64,000 nucleotides of DNA, from the IMG/VR virus record IMGVR_UViG_3300045988_100041; one strand, written 5' to 3'. The stretch comes from a virus. Position 1 is the stretch's first letter. Every line of letters begins with the position of its first letter. Positions 29,201-38,394 of the stretch are shown piece by piece. The translations under genes and the position numbers were made by a program. The notes beneath the pieces are model-generated. The model ran no database searches. It had not been told where the DNA came from and saw only the letters and a list, made by a program, of their open reading frames with translations.

Positions 29201-31221
29201 CGATGGACAGCTTTGTTGCAGGACTGATTGACGCGGCAAAGCAGGCAGGCGCGACAGACAGCGAAATCAACAGCCTTGTTGCGCGCATGATTATCTTCAA
29301 TAACACGGGGCTTGATGTGCGCGGGAAAATCGCCGCATTGCAGGCGCTTGCTTTGCAGGCAGGCGTTACAAACTCCGCCATCGCCGGAATCAGCCTGGAT
29401 GCCATCGGTAAAGACGCCGGAATGACGGTTGCGGATGCGCAGAAGAAATACGGCATGCCTTTAAAGGAGGCAGAGCGGTATGTGGCAAGCCAGAAGAAAA
29501 AGGCGCAGAACAACGATCAGGCGCTTTTGGACTACTGGAACACGCTGGCAGACAAAATTCCAGAGCCGAGCGGAACAAGCTCCGGCGGAGGCGGCGGAGG
29601 ACGCGCTTCTGACGAGATACTTGATTCGCACAAGGAAAGAGTATCGCTTCTTAAATCCGAGCTTACACTCATGGAAAAGCAAGGGGCAAGCGAGGAAGAT
29701 CAGAAGAACAAGATGCGGCAGATCCAGCAGGCGCTTCACGCGCAGGCGGAGTATCTTCGTTCCATTGGCGCAAGTCAGGCGGATATTAACGGACTTTCCG
29801 CAGAATGGTGGGAATGGCAGGAGAAGATCAACGGAGAGCTTAAAAGCGCGGACGATCTTCTGAGCGAGCTGAAAAGCGCATTGCAGGAGTCCTTAGACCG
29901 GCAGTCGGATGCGCTGGATGATGAAATCGCGGCAATCGACGCGCAGATCGAGGCGCTGAAAAAGCGCAAGGAGTCGAAAGACGAAGAGCTGACGCTGGAA
30001 GAGAAGATTCTCGCAGTGCAGCAGGCGCAGAAAAATCTTGCAGACGCGCAGAATGAGCGGACAATCCGGCAGTATAACGCAAGAGCCGGTCAGTGGGAAT
30101 GGGTCGCAGACCAGAAGGAAATCAAGTCGGCAGAGGATGCACTCGACAAGGCGAAAGATGACTTGGAGGACTACAGGGAAAAACTCCAATACAACGCAGA
30201 ACTGGCGGCTTTGGAAGCGCGGAAGGACGCAATCAAAGCCCAGCAGGACGCACTTGACCGGCAGTATAAAAATTTCCTCAACTCCCTCAAGGAAAAGACG
30301 CGCGGCATCGGGGAGATCCTACAGGACATCTGGAAGAACGCAACGCCGGAACTCAAGGCAATCATCTTAGAAAACGCAGAGCTATTCAGGGCGCTTGGCG
30401 TGGATGTGACGAAGCTTGCAGACAGCATCGTAGCGGCATCGAACCGGATTGTGAAGGTTGGAGCGGACGGAAAGGCACCGTCCGGGCTTGCCGTTGGAGA
30501 CAGAGTTGTTACAGGCGGCGGCACTTACGAAATTACAGGCGTCAATCCGGACGGAACGTATGAATCGAAGCTTGTTGATAAGAATCAGACAACCTACAAC
30601 TATACCGGAGGGTATGACAATGCGCCGGGCGGCGGTTCGGGTGGTTCAGGTTCTGGCGGCGGCTCTGGCGGAGGCGGCGGAAACCGATACAGCGGAACCG
30701 TGTATGCAGAGCCGGACGACGGAAAGGGCGGATACTACAAAATTTCCAGCGCGAACGGTCTGAACTTTTTGAACAACGCCGGCGCAGGAGACACGATGCG
30801 AGGCGGAGACGGGTCTTATTGGGTGAAGAACCGGAACGGCACGACATCGATCACGGACGGATACGGACGGAAATTCACGGTATATGACGAGGGCGGTATC
30901 CTTCGGGGGCTTGGCGGTATCAAGGCGACGAGCGCGGACGAGATGGTTTTGCCGCCGGAGATCACAAAGAAGATGCTCGCGCCGATGGCAGACGCGCGGT
31001 TTGAGCAGAGAATCCGGGAGCTGGGTCTTTTGTACGGGGCGAGAAACGATATGCCGCTTGCAGGTGGGGCAAGGTTTGACAACCATGCAATCGGCACGCA
31101 GCACAACGGAAATGTGTATCGGCTCGGCGGAATTTCCATCAGCGAGGGAAAGGCAAGAACGACAAGCGTATATGAGCTTGCGCGGATGGCGCAGACGCTC
31201 ACCATTTCAAGCGGCTCCTGA
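26209..31221 (+). CDS. Tail tape measure protein
   Basis: 1670 aa. Long coiled-coil stretches, hydrophobic segments, and Gly-rich linkers (GGGGGGRASD, GGGSGGSGSGGGSGGGGGN). Confidence 0.85.
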   Translation: MAGNIDKVQLQVEVVRNQLDTLIKDVNNLKSQKLSITVDSTGMDAINKFNASMRTLTQNADGLGGKFTQVWNGIAEGAPVRTIETVNQGIGRTTEIIRTLNEETQSYSEVQTKTTTNYDAIAKAAQKAAEANQKAFSAAQKGMPTLQKQFADLERQIGSAVSKYPSGTFDKLSGEVKGARATLATLDSDLAEGKIGYEAYTSGVDSAKASLKELQSEFSQTQTDTEKLKNSTNVLGDSLGNIVKKIVAWQVINASVATVIRSFREAVKTMKEVDTELTAIQKVTNNTDAEMEKLSQHAYEVASQYGVAVTDYLESTGTFAKAGYKELSEDMAELATKTQLVGDVNAETANQFLLAADAAFKMKGNVTELSTVLDKANVIENKYATSIEKISEGFPIVANVASMANMSIDQLMAMLGTITAVTQESGTKAATAARALILNIMGDTETELENGVTWTKDEIESLTQVLWTYSEEAMKAAQATGTIVNPMEAVAGLAKAYKEGVLTQAELAKIESDLGGKLRTNQLDALIKNFDMYSDMLDKVKDSAGSADQEVSIMLTSWESKANILQNTWTEFISKTIDTSWAKGSLDAVTWLIEGFGDLGTAITIFGGALATVKWNEITTGFGTLKSVISALPMLFSKAKGGAEGFNNGMKSMNLTLTSTQLIVGSVVAVISALTIAYNHYKQKQEESWKASIEAGNAAVEEARSLEELYGAYQGADKAISDGTGSKKEFESATYDLLNAIGYETTALDEQITRYGSLKAAIDANKGAVTELLQAKIESALYDAKAGVTAAGEQLSSASGKVGLAAGSSAGTVLDYYNDLVRRRNEMLDSGDEGTYLYKEIADKISTLTPLVEEYNAALENQTYLENLAEDAKDGVIESYERENEAISDNTDALDENADAASKNAEKIAEAAKTLKQQESDLRTVSKALAEYQATGRISSATMKSLLGISSQYINLLTDENGKLRMTEDGLRGVAEAIMADVDATEDLVGITKSSSGAMDSFVAGLIDAAKQAGATDSEINSLVARMIIFNNTGLDVRGKIAALQALALQAGVTNSAIAGISLDAIGKDAGMTVADAQKKYGMPLKEAERYVASQKKKAQNNDQALLDYWNTLADKIPEPSGTSSGGGGGGRASDEILDSHKERVSLLKSELTLMEKQGASEEDQKNKMRQIQQALHAQAEYLRSIGASQADINGLSAEWWEWQEKINGELKSADDLLSELKSALQESLDRQSDALDDEIAAIDAQIEALKKRKESKDEELTLEEKILAVQQAQKNLADAQNERTIRQYNARAGQWEWVADQKEIKSAEDALDKAKDDLEDYREKLQYNAELAALEARKDAIKAQQDALDRQYKNFLNSLKEKTRGIGEILQDIWKNATPELKAIILENAELFRALGVDVTKLADSIVAASNRIVKVGADGKAPSGLAVGDRVVTGGGTYEITGVNPDGTYESKLVDKNQTTYNYTGGYDNAPGGGSGGSGSGGGSGGGGGNRYSGTVYAEPDDGKGGYYKISSANGLNFLNNAGAGDTMRGGDGSYWVKNRNGTTSITDGYGRKFTVYDEGGILRGLGGIKATSADEMVLPPEITKKMLAPMADARFEQRIRELGLLYGARNDMPLAGGARFDNHAIGTQHNGNVYRLGGISISEGKARTTSVYELARMAQTLTISSGS

Positions 31222-31245
31222 GACGGGAGAGAAAGGAAGAAAACT

Positions 31246-34197
31246 ATGCTTTATCAGCCGACAAACATTTCTCCAAGCATGCTGGGGCCGCTTGGAAACG
31301 GTGTCATTGACGCGAACGAGGATTTTGTGCTCAGTTTTCAGGTAAACGGCAACTCTCCGCTGGTGAGGTTTGGGCTTTTTATCGTAGGGGCTGACGAACC
31401 CTCGCAGATTGTTTTGGGCAGAACGCTGGAACAACCGTTTTATGGGACAGACTACGCAGGAAACGTGCAGATGTTCCACGCGAATCTTGAATCACTCAGT
31501 ATCACAAACGGGAAAAGCTACAAGCTGCGCATCCGGCAGTATTGGAGTGAAACGGAGTATGTTGACCAGCAGAGCCAGAGCACATTTATTACAAGAGACC
31601 GTCCGACCATTTCTTTTCTTGGAGACTTCTACGACGGAAGTTCTTTCAACCAAAAATCCGTTACGTTCCGAGCAAAGTACACGCAGAAGCAGGGAGACGG
31701 AATCAACTGGGTCCGATGGAGAATCGCGGAAGAACCGGAGAATTATAACTACGAGACTGAGCCGGAGAACATCATCCGAGACACAGGCAATATTTACGGA
31801 ACTGCACAGCTACAATACACGTTTGATGGAATTTTCCCCGGAAAAAGGTATCTTGTGCAGTGTATTGTCCAGTCTGAGACGGGAATGGAGAACATACCGG
31901 AATGGTTTTCTTTCAGTGGGGACGACTACCAGGAAGAAATGTTTGAGGCATCCGTCACGGCATGCACGGACGCAAAGAGCAATGGCGTTCGGCTGATTCT
32001 TCCGGAGGCAAGCAGCATAGAACCCAGCGTTTTTGGAACGCTTCCGAGCGAGCTGAACGGAGAACTTTTTGTCGATATAAACGGGAAAACAAAAGACGTT
32101 TCCTGGTATACCGGACAAGGATACAGTGAGAGCGCGAAGGCACCATTTAACTTTGCGTGGTGCGGCAGCACGGATGTGGATTCTGCTCCAATTCATCTTA
32201 TTTGCGAGACGAGCGACCGAAAAAGAACGCAATCGTATTTCTCGCTTTCTTCCAATATGGCATGTGAGGGAACTTATCCGATCTCCGGAAGCGGGACATG
32301 GAGAACGGTTGTTTGCGGCTACGGAGAAGGCAAGTTGTATATGGCGCTTGGGGATGCCGGCGTTGCGTATTCGCGCGATGCAAAGACATGGACAATGGCG
32401 ACAATCCCGGCGGAGCTTTCAAGGAATCTATCTGCGCTTTCTCTTTGCGAGGGATACATCGAAAACGCAAGTCAGTTTTTCCTTGTTTCAAGCGCGACGA
32501 CAGCCGCTGCGTACACAGAAGACGGCGTAACCTGGACCAGCGTTACGATGGACAAGCCGGTAAAGAATGTCTTTTTTAGCTACGGCAGATTCTTTGCAAA
32601 CTATGTGTCCGGCGGCATTTCGTATTCCGAAAATCTGCGCAGATGGTATGAATGCAAGATTGAAGGATACGGCGGAACGGAAGAGATCACCGGAGTTGTG
32701 TATGGAAATGAGATCTGGGTGTGTCTGTACGGAAACGGGAAATGCGCGACGACCGACGATCTTAACAACTGGGAATCCTCCACCGTTGCAGAAGATTCGA
32801 CAACGCCGTTTTACGGGCTTTGCTTTTTGAAGGGAAAGTTTTTTGCAAGGGACAATGGCGGAGAAATCTATGTATCGGAAAACGGAAGCTTTTGGTCCAT
32901 ACGAACAAGCGCTCTGTTTCAGAGTAATGCAAGCGGAAGCAACACGGTAACAAACGATATGATCCTTGCGGTTGGAAGCCAAAACCAGATTCTTATCAGC
33001 GCGGACGGCGGAATATGGAAGGCTGCGGCGGAGGGAACAACCGGAGACTGGAAAAGCGGATGCTTTGACGGGGAAAACTTCGTGTTTGTTGGAGGCGGCG
33101 GAAAGGCGGCAATTTTCCACCTCTGCGTCGATTTTCAGCTGACAAGCGGTCGCACGGAGCTTTGCAGCGGGAAAATTTATGCAAACGAAAGATTCACACT
33201 GATTTTGGACGGAAAGAAGCTCTATACCAGCTCCGGATACGGAAAGCGGAAGGAAGAATATGCAGCGGATTTTCAATGGACGGACGATGTAAGACTGCGT
33301 GAAGTTTTGCTTGCAAACCGACAGACCTGCTACTGGATGCTGGTAAGCAACGGGAATTTGACGGAAAACGAAAGAGACGAGCTTTTGAACGGCACATCGT
33401 ATACAGCGCTTAATTTCCCGACGTATCTTTACACAAACTTCTGGGGAACGGCAAACGCCGGGCAGTACGGAAGAACGGGATACAGCAAGCTCGCGATCTA
33501 CCGGCAGGAGGGAGAAGAGGAAGCCATCCAGCATGTCGGGGACATTACCGTAGATCAAGGGAATGTTTTTGTTGACGCTTCGGCGGTCAATGGAAGGAAA
33601 TACACGTATTACGCATACGGGATTGGAGAGTCGTATTCCGCCGCCATCGTCAGCGGTCAGATTCAAACCTGCGGCTGGGACTGGCATCTGCTGGCTTGCA
33701 CGAAGGATGACGCGGGCGCGTATCATGTGCAAAAAATTTACAGGTTTGGAAAGAATCTTTCCAGCGGTTCTGTCAGCAACAACGCGGTTCCTAGCGTGCT
33801 TCAAAATTTCACGAGGTATCCGGTTGTTCAAAATTCGCCTTGGAACTACAGAAGCGGGATGCTGACAAGCATGATCGGATACACAGAAAACGGCGTGTAT
33901 TTTGACAACACGAAACTCCGAGACGAAATTGCGGCGCTTACCACAAGCGGATACGCACTTTTCCTCAAAAACCGAAAAGGAGACGTTATCCACATTGCAA
34001 TCTCCGGCGCAATCGAAATGGAGACGATGGACAATTCCGCGCAGCAGGCGCAGACGGTGAAGCTGCCTTGGGTGGAGATTGCGGACGCAAGCAGCGCGCA
34101 GATCATCATTACCAAAAACGACGGCGCATTTTTGCAGGAGATTCCGTCTTTGGCTTCTGAACATGGAATCGACACTGCTGCGGTGTACTTTGGCTGA
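31246..34197 (+). CDS. Large distal tail / receptor-binding candidate with beta-propeller-like repeats
   Basis: 983 aa directly after the tape measure. Six spaced Sx(D/E)xxxxW repeats lie in the central third. Confidence 0.65.
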   Translation: MLYQPTNISPSMLGPLGNGVIDANEDFVLSFQVNGNSPLVRFGLFIVGADEPSQIVLGRTLEQPFYGTDYAGNVQMFHANLESLSITNGKSYKLRIRQYWSETEYVDQQSQSTFITRDRPTISFLGDFYDGSSFNQKSVTFRAKYTQKQGDGINWVRWRIAEEPENYNYETEPENIIRDTGNIYGTAQLQYTFDGIFPGKRYLVQCIVQSETGMENIPEWFSFSGDDYQEEMFEASVTACTDAKSNGVRLILPEASSIEPSVFGTLPSELNGELFVDINGKTKDVSWYTGQGYSESAKAPFNFAWCGSTDVDSAPIHLICETSDRKRTQSYFSLSSNMACEGTYPISGSGTWRTVVCGYGEGKLYMALGDAGVAYSRDAKTWTMATIPAELSRNLSALSLCEGYIENASQFFLVSSATTAAAYTEDGVTWTSVTMDKPVKNVFFSYGRFFANYVSGGISYSENLRRWYECKIEGYGGTEEITGVVYGNEIWVCLYGNGKCATTDDLNNWESSTVAEDSTTPFYGLCFLKGKFFARDNGGEIYVSENGSFWSIRTSALFQSNASGSNTVTNDMILAVGSQNQILISADGGIWKAAAEGTTGDWKSGCFDGENFVFVGGGGKAAIFHLCVDFQLTSGRTELCSGKIYANERFTLILDGKKLYTSSGYGKRKEEYAADFQWTDDVRLREVLLANRQTCYWMLVSNGNLTENERDELLNGTSYTALNFPTYLYTNFWGTANAGQYGRTGYSKLAIYRQEGEEEAIQHVGDITVDQGNVFVDASAVNGRKYTYYAYGIGESYSAAIVSGQIQTCGWDWHLLACTKDDAGAYHVQKIYRFGKNLSSGSVSNNAVPSVLQNFTRYPVVQNSPWNYRSGMLTSMIGYTENGVYFDNTKLRDEIAALTTSGYALFLKNRKGDVIHIAISGAIEMETMDNSAQQAQTVKLPWVEIADASSAQIIITKNDGAFLQEIPSLASEHGIDTAAVYFG

Positions 34198-34214
34198 GAA
34201 GGGAGGCGCGGACG

Positions 34215-35480
34215 ATGGCGTTTACGACATATGCAGAGCGGACGCAGGATTATTTCCGGATGCTCCGAAAGCCGTTTACAAAAATATGCCGGCTGCGATT
34301 TTTGCAGCCGGACGGCTCGACGGCGTTTGCCCTCGACAATAACCCTCTGAACCGGAGGAGCGGCGCTTTTTTGCAGGACGGCAGCATCAGCGTGAACCTT
34401 CAAAACGGGCAGAGACGGACGGCAAGCGTGACGCTTTCCAACATTGACGCGGCGTTTGACTACAATGTGAACAAGGTCTGGTTCGGGCAGCAGATTGCCA
34501 TTGACGAAGGGCTGATTTTGTCAGATGGGTCGGAGTATTATCTTCCGCAGGGAATTTTCTACATTGCAGAGCCGCAGGAGACCTTGCAGCCGAATCTTCG
34601 GACGATCACATATCCGCTGGTTGACAAGTGGGCGTATCTGGACGGGACGCTTTTTGGGCGGCTGGAAGGGACGTATGAGGTTCCGGTCGGGACGAATATT
34701 TTTGAGCCGATGCAGGCAATCTTAGACCTTGACCGGGGAAACGGCATGAAGGTTGATGCGGTTCGCCCAATCTTTACGGAGTATTACAACGAAAAGAAGC
34801 AGAAGCTTCCGGACGGAACGACGGTTAGCCTTGTGAAGTCTCCGTATACGCTGCGGGTAGATTCTGACGATGGAACGTATGCAGACGTTATTCTGGGACT
34901 TTCGGAGATGGTAAACGGGCTGGTTGGGTATGACCAATCGGGCGCGCTTCGCATTGACCCGTCTCAAGATGACGTTCTGGACGCGCAGAAGGCGGTTCTC
35001 TGGCGGTTTTCCACAAAGGAAGCACAGCTGCTGGGCGCGACGTATACCGTCAAAAACACAGAGGTATACAACGACTATATTGTGCTCGGAGAACAGACCT
35101 CAGAATATGCACAGGCGGCAGGACGGGCGCAGAATCTTGACCCGGCGAGCGATACGAACGTGTATATCATCGGAAGAAAAACCTACAGAGAGACGGCAAG
35201 CGGATATTACACGCAGACGCAGTGCAAGGATCTTGCAGAGTGGAAACTCAAGCGGACGGCAGTTTTGCAAAAGGCAGTTTCTATTTCCTGCACGCAGATG
35301 TTCCACATTGTTGAAAACAATCTGATTGAGCTGACAAGGACGGATAAGCCCGGTTCTCCCACGGAGCGGCATTTGATTCAGGGCTTTACAAGACCGCTTA
35401 CCTCGACGGGAGAAATGACAATATCGGCGGTATCTGTCGCAGACTTCCCGATTGCGACGATCACCGGATGGCCGGAATAA
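34215..35480 (+). CDS. Tail-tip / baseplate-like protein
   Basis: 421-aa ORF in the position of a tail-associated protein. Confidence 0.55.
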   Translation: MAFTTYAERTQDYFRMLRKPFTKICRLRFLQPDGSTAFALDNNPLNRRSGAFLQDGSISVNLQNGQRRTASVTLSNIDAAFDYNVNKVWFGQQIAIDEGLILSDGSEYYLPQGIFYIAEPQETLQPNLRTITYPLVDKWAYLDGTLFGRLEGTYEVPVGTNIFEPMQAILDLDRGNGMKVDAVRPIFTEYYNEKKQKLPDGTTVSLVKSPYTLRVDSDDGTYADVILGLSEMVNGLVGYDQSGALRIDPSQDDVLDAQKAVLWRFSTKEAQLLGATYTVKNTEVYNDYIVLGEQTSEYAQAAGRAQNLDPASDTNVYIIGRKTYRETASGYYTQTQCKDLAEWKLKRTAVLQKAVSISCTQMFHIVENNLIELTRTDKPGSPTERHLIQGFTRPLTSTGEMTISAVSVADFPIATITGWPE

Positions 35481-35501
35481 TCAAGAGGAAGGGGGAACAG
35501 C

Positions 35502-35690
35502 ATGGACGAGGCAAAGAAGAAGGTCAAGCGCCGCGTGAAGCTCACGTTTTTAAACGGAGATACGCGGTACGCAGTCAAAGAGGACTGGAAATACTGGTAT
35601 TGTGAGGGCGCGCGGTATCGGAAAAATAACCCAGCAATCGTATCGGCAGAAAAAGAGGCGATGCAGAGAAAGGAGAAAGAAGATGCGTAA
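35502..35690 (+). CDS. Hypothetical small basic protein
   Basis: 62-aa ORF with a GGGGGA RBS. Confidence 0.4.
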   Translation: MDEAKKKVKRRVKLTFLNGDTRYAVKEDWKYWYCEGARYRKNNPAIVSAEKEAMQRKEKEDA

Positions 35691-35790
35691 TTTTTCAAAG
35701 CTTGCATGGTGGTCTTTTTACCGGAAGGATGCAAAGGCATGGTTTTTCCCGCTGAAATGGCTGCACCCTCCCGAGTATTTGCAGATCTGA
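35683..35790 (+). CDS. Hypothetical 35-aa Trp-rich peptide
   Basis: ATG 35683 follows AAGGAG and overlaps the upstream stop. Translates MRNFSKLAWWSFYRKDAKAWFFPLKWLHPPEYLQI. Confidence 0.3.
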   Translation: MRNFSKLAWWSFYRKDAKAWFFPLKWLHPPEYLQI

Positions 35791-35814
35791 GGAAGAAGAA
35801 GGACATGAGGACGC

Positions 35815-36252
35815 ATGGGAGAAAGAGATATGAGTGATGCAATGACCGTTTTGGTCGCGGTTCTTGGAAGTTCGGCGTTTTCCATCGTTGTCAAGGAAAT
35901 CATAGACAGCCGGAAGGCAAAGAAGCGCGGCGTGAGCACTGTGGGAGAGAAGCTTGAGCAGCTGTCAAGAAAGATCGACGAGCGGGAAAGAATATTCTCG
36001 GAAAAAATCGACGAGATCTGGGACCGGCTCGACGGCAGAATTGAAAAGCTGGATAAAAAGCTGGACGTTCAGAAGGAGGCTGTTGAAAAACAGCATCTGG
36101 ACATTTTGCGGCTGACAATTATGAGTCCGAATATGCCGGTATCAGAGCGGTTGATTGCCGGGTCTGAGTATATCAAAAAGGGCGGAAACGGGGACGTGAA
36201 GAAATACGTTCATACGCTGGAAGAGCGATGTCAGAACGGGATGGAAAAATGA
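35815..36252 (+). CDS. N-terminally membrane-anchored coiled-coil protein (lysis-module associated)
   Basis: Hydrophobic AMTVLVAVLGSSAFSIVV followed by a charged coiled coil. Immediately upstream of the holin-like genes. Confidence 0.5.
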   Translation: MGERDMSDAMTVLVAVLGSSAFSIVVKEIIDSRKAKKRGVSTVGEKLEQLSRKIDERERIFSEKIDEIWDRLDGRIEKLDKKLDVQKEAVEKQHLDILRLTIMSPNMPVSERLIAGSEYIKKGGNGDVKKYVHTLEERCQNGMEK

Positions 36253-36533
36253 AACGGATCAGGGAAATGGAGTGCAGCAAAAAACTGCTGATTTTTTCCT
36301 ATACGGTGCTCTTGTTTCTGATCCTTGTTTTCCTGCTTGCAAGCGACAAATCCTCTGCGGCGACGGTTCTTTGCGCGTGGATTGCGGAGTGCGGCGTTGC
36401 AACGGGGTTTTATTTCTGGAAGGCGAAGAACGAGAACAGGAGCAAGTACGCGCTGCAATTTGTGCAGGAGCTTGCACAGACGTATGGCATTGACGCGACG
36501 GCGCGGATTATTGAGACAGTTTTAAAAGATTGA
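36249..36533 (+). CDS. Holin-like membrane protein
   Basis: ATGA overlap with the upstream stop. Two hydrophobic helices (LLIFSYTVLLFLILVFLLA; VLCAWIAECGVATGFYFW). Upstream of the endolysin. Confidence 0.5.
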   Translation: MKRIREMECSKKLLIFSYTVLLFLILVFLLASDKSSAATVLCAWIAECGVATGFYFWKAKNENRSKYALQFVQELAQTYGIDATARIIETVLKD

Positions 36534-36547
36534 GAGGGGTAGAGAAT

Positions 36548-36775
36548 ATGAACAACAAATGGTGGCAGGTGCTGATTTCGAATCTTTTCAAGGTGAAGTC
36601 GCTCGTGACGATCATGCTGACATCGGCTTTCGTTGCGATGTCTTTGCGTGGGAAGGTTGAGCCGAAGGATTTCTATTCCATCATTGTGATGGTCCTGACG
36701 TTCTATTTCGGCTATCAGAGCGCGAAAACGGAAGACCAGACGGGAGGTGGCAGCGATGGCAAAGCTGGTAATTGA
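36548..36775 (+). CDS. Holin-like two-TM protein
   Basis: 75 aa with two TM segments and a charged C-tail. Overlaps the endolysin start. Confidence 0.5.
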   Translation: MNNKWWQVLISNLFKVKSLVTIMLTSAFVAMSLRGKVEPKDFYSIIVMVLTFYFGYQSAKTEDQTGGGSDGKAGN

Positions 36776-37439
36776 CAAAAGCATTCGGGCAAGCAGAATT
36801 GGCGGCAAGCGCCCTGTTTCGGCAGTTAAGGCAATCGTATTCCATTACACGGCGAACACTGGGAAAAGCGCGACTGCGAAGGGAAATGCCAGGTATTTTG
36901 CCGCAGGAAGCGAAGGACGCGCCGCCAGCGCCCATTACTGTGTTGACGAGGGTAACGTAGTATATGAGTGCGTTCCGCTCGATACGGTGGCGTGGAGCGT
37001 CGGAGACGGGAAGTCCGGAAAGTACGGAAGCCTATACAGCAACTACAACACAGTCTCCATCGAGATGGTCAGCCACACAGACGCATCAGGGACGTATTAC
37101 ATCCCGGAAAAGACGATGGAAAACGCGGCAAGGCTGTATCAGATGCTTTTGCCGCAGCTGCCGAACGTTCAGGCGGCAATCCGGCACTATGATGTGAGCG
37201 GAAAGCTGTGTCCGCTGCCGCTGATTAACGAGGAAAAATGGGAGAAGTTCCAGAAGCTTTTGAAGGAGGTAGATGAAGTGGTTGAAAAGAGCAAGATCAT
37301 TGTAGACGGAAAGGAAGTTGCCGTTGATCGGATTTTGAAGGACGGCACAAACTATGTAAAGGTACGCGATATTGCGGCGGCGCTCGATCTCAAGGTATCG
37401 AACAAGGGAAATATCGCGGTGCTTGAAACGAAGAAGTAA
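36756..37439 (+). CDS. Endolysin: N-acetylmuramoyl-L-alanine amidase (amidase_2/PGRP-type) with C-terminal wall-binding-like domain
   Basis: IVFHYTANTG...ASAHYCVD...WSVGD...IEMV...HYDVSGKLCP are amidase_2 hallmarks. The C-terminal DGKEVAVDRILKDGTNYVKVRDIAAALDLKV resembles copper-amine-oxidase-N-like repeats. Confidence 0.85.
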   Translation: MAKLVIDKSIRASRIGGKRPVSAVKAIVFHYTANTGKSATAKGNARYFAAGSEGRAASAHYCVDEGNVVYECVPLDTVAWSVGDGKSGKYGSLYSNYNTVSIEMVSHTDASGTYYIPEKTMENAARLYQMLLPQLPNVQAAIRHYDVSGKLCPLPLINEEKWEKFQKLLKEVDEVVEKSKIIVDGKEVAVDRILKDGTNYVKVRDIAAALDLKVSNKGNIAVLETKK

Positions 37440-37445
37440 GAGCAC

Positions 37446-37481
37446 AAAAAGCCGGGGGATCGACAATCCCTCGGCTTTTTG
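37446..37481. terminator. Bidirectional intrinsic terminator where the rightward and leftward gene arrays converge
   Basis: AAAAAGCCGGGGGA (stem 37450-37459), a 7-nt loop, then TCCCTCGGCTTTTT (stem 37467-37476). 10-bp stem with one G-U, an A tract to the left and a T tract to the right. Confidence 0.7.
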
Positions 37482-37494
37482 CATATATTGGAGG

Positions 37495-37785
37495 TTATAG
37501 GTTTGAAAGCGTTCCGTCACCGATGACGACGGCGTTTGTGAGGTCGCTGCCAAGGACAAAGACTGTGACCTGAGAGCCGACAGGCGCACTTGCGATGCTC
37601 GAAACATAGGGAAGGGCGATTTCTTTGTCGAAGGGGCGCTGGACGGTGAGCTTGCCGCCGGAGGCTCTTTTTGTGACCTCGGCGCGGAAGAACCAGACAT
37701 TTGAATGCGTCAGCTCTTCGACCTTTGGCTTAAAATAATCCCAGAGCCTGTCTGCAAAGCGTTTCATTTCCAGATTTTCATCCAT
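37495..37785 (-). CDS. Small OB-fold-like protein (resembles small phage baseplate/spike proteins)
   Basis: 96 aa from ATG 37785 (GGAGGAACTTCCA precedes it). FFRAEVTKRASGGKLTVQRPFDKEIALPYVSS...GSQVTVFVLGSDLTNAVVIGDG is a beta-rich OB-like pattern. Confidence 0.45.
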   Translation of the reverse strand: MDENLEMKRFADRLWDYFKPKVEELTHSNVWFFRAEVTKRASGGKLTVQRPFDKEIALPYVSSIASAPVGSQVTVFVLGSDLTNAVVIGDGTLSNL

Positions 37786-37972
37786 TGGAAGTTCCTCCTG
37801 TTCTGGATTCTTCAATCAGTATCGTAAAGAATCGATCTTCCGGCAGTTTCAGCGCCGCAGAATCAACGCTTTCGGCTTCAACGGTGATGATTTCGTTCGG
37901 TCTGTCATCACGGTAAACGACTTCGAAGGTGTATTTTTGTTTTACTACGTTTGATCTGAGATCCAGCGTCAT
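37778..37972 (-). CDS. Hypothetical small protein
   Basis: 64 aa; ATGA overlap with the upstream stop at 37969-37972. Confidence 0.45.
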   Translation of the reverse strand: MTLDLRSNVVKQKYTFEVVYRDDRPNEIITVEAESVDSAALKLPEDRFFTILIEESRTGGTSNG

Positions 37973-38319
37973 TCTTTCCACACTCCCTGAACGCCGAAGG
38001 TGATGCGCAGGGTTTCTCCGGACGGCGCGGCAAAACTCACATCGTCGGCACTTGCAATGAGGGCAGATAGTCTTTTGCGGACGCTTTCGTTGAAAATTCC
38101 AACAGGAAGGGGAATGTCCAGCATGACCATAGCGTTTCGCGCGGTGTTTTCCGGGGGACGGACGGTAACGGCTGCGTGCATGAGGTGCGCGAGTTCTTCT
38201 GCCTGACGGCGAAGGTCTGCAAAGAGGTTCATTTTCTCTTCATCAACAGAGGTTCCACGGAAGTTTTCATTTCGTTCGAGCATGGCTTCTACCATGGCGG
38301 CGGTTTTGGGATCTGTCAT
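37969..38319 (-). CDS. Hypothetical protein
   Basis: 116 aa; AAGGAG RBS. Preceded by a copy of the GGGACA-N15-TAGAAT box. Confidence 0.55.
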   Translation of the reverse strand: MTDPKTAAMVEAMLERNENFRGTSVDEEKMNLFADLRRQAEELAHLMHAAVTVRPPENTARNAMVMLDIPLPVGIFNESVRKRLSALIASADDVSFAAPSGETLRITFGVQGVWKE

Positions 38320-38365
38320 AATAAGTTCTCCTTTTCAAATTGAGTTTTGATCGTCTACATATTGG

Positions 38366-38394
38366 ATTCTACCGGGAATTTTCAGTTGTCCCGC
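38366..38394 (-). promoter_or_regulatory. GCGGGACA-N15-TAGAAT promoter-like box (copy a)
   Basis: - strand reads GCGGGACAACTGAAAATTCCCGGTAGAAT. It overlaps the 3' end of the desulfurase gene and lies ~45 nt upstream of the 38319 start. Confidence 0.45.

Noticed and set aside
32488-34164. 558-aa ORF on the - strand
   Set aside because: It is antisense to the 983-aa distal tail gene; a shadow ORF.
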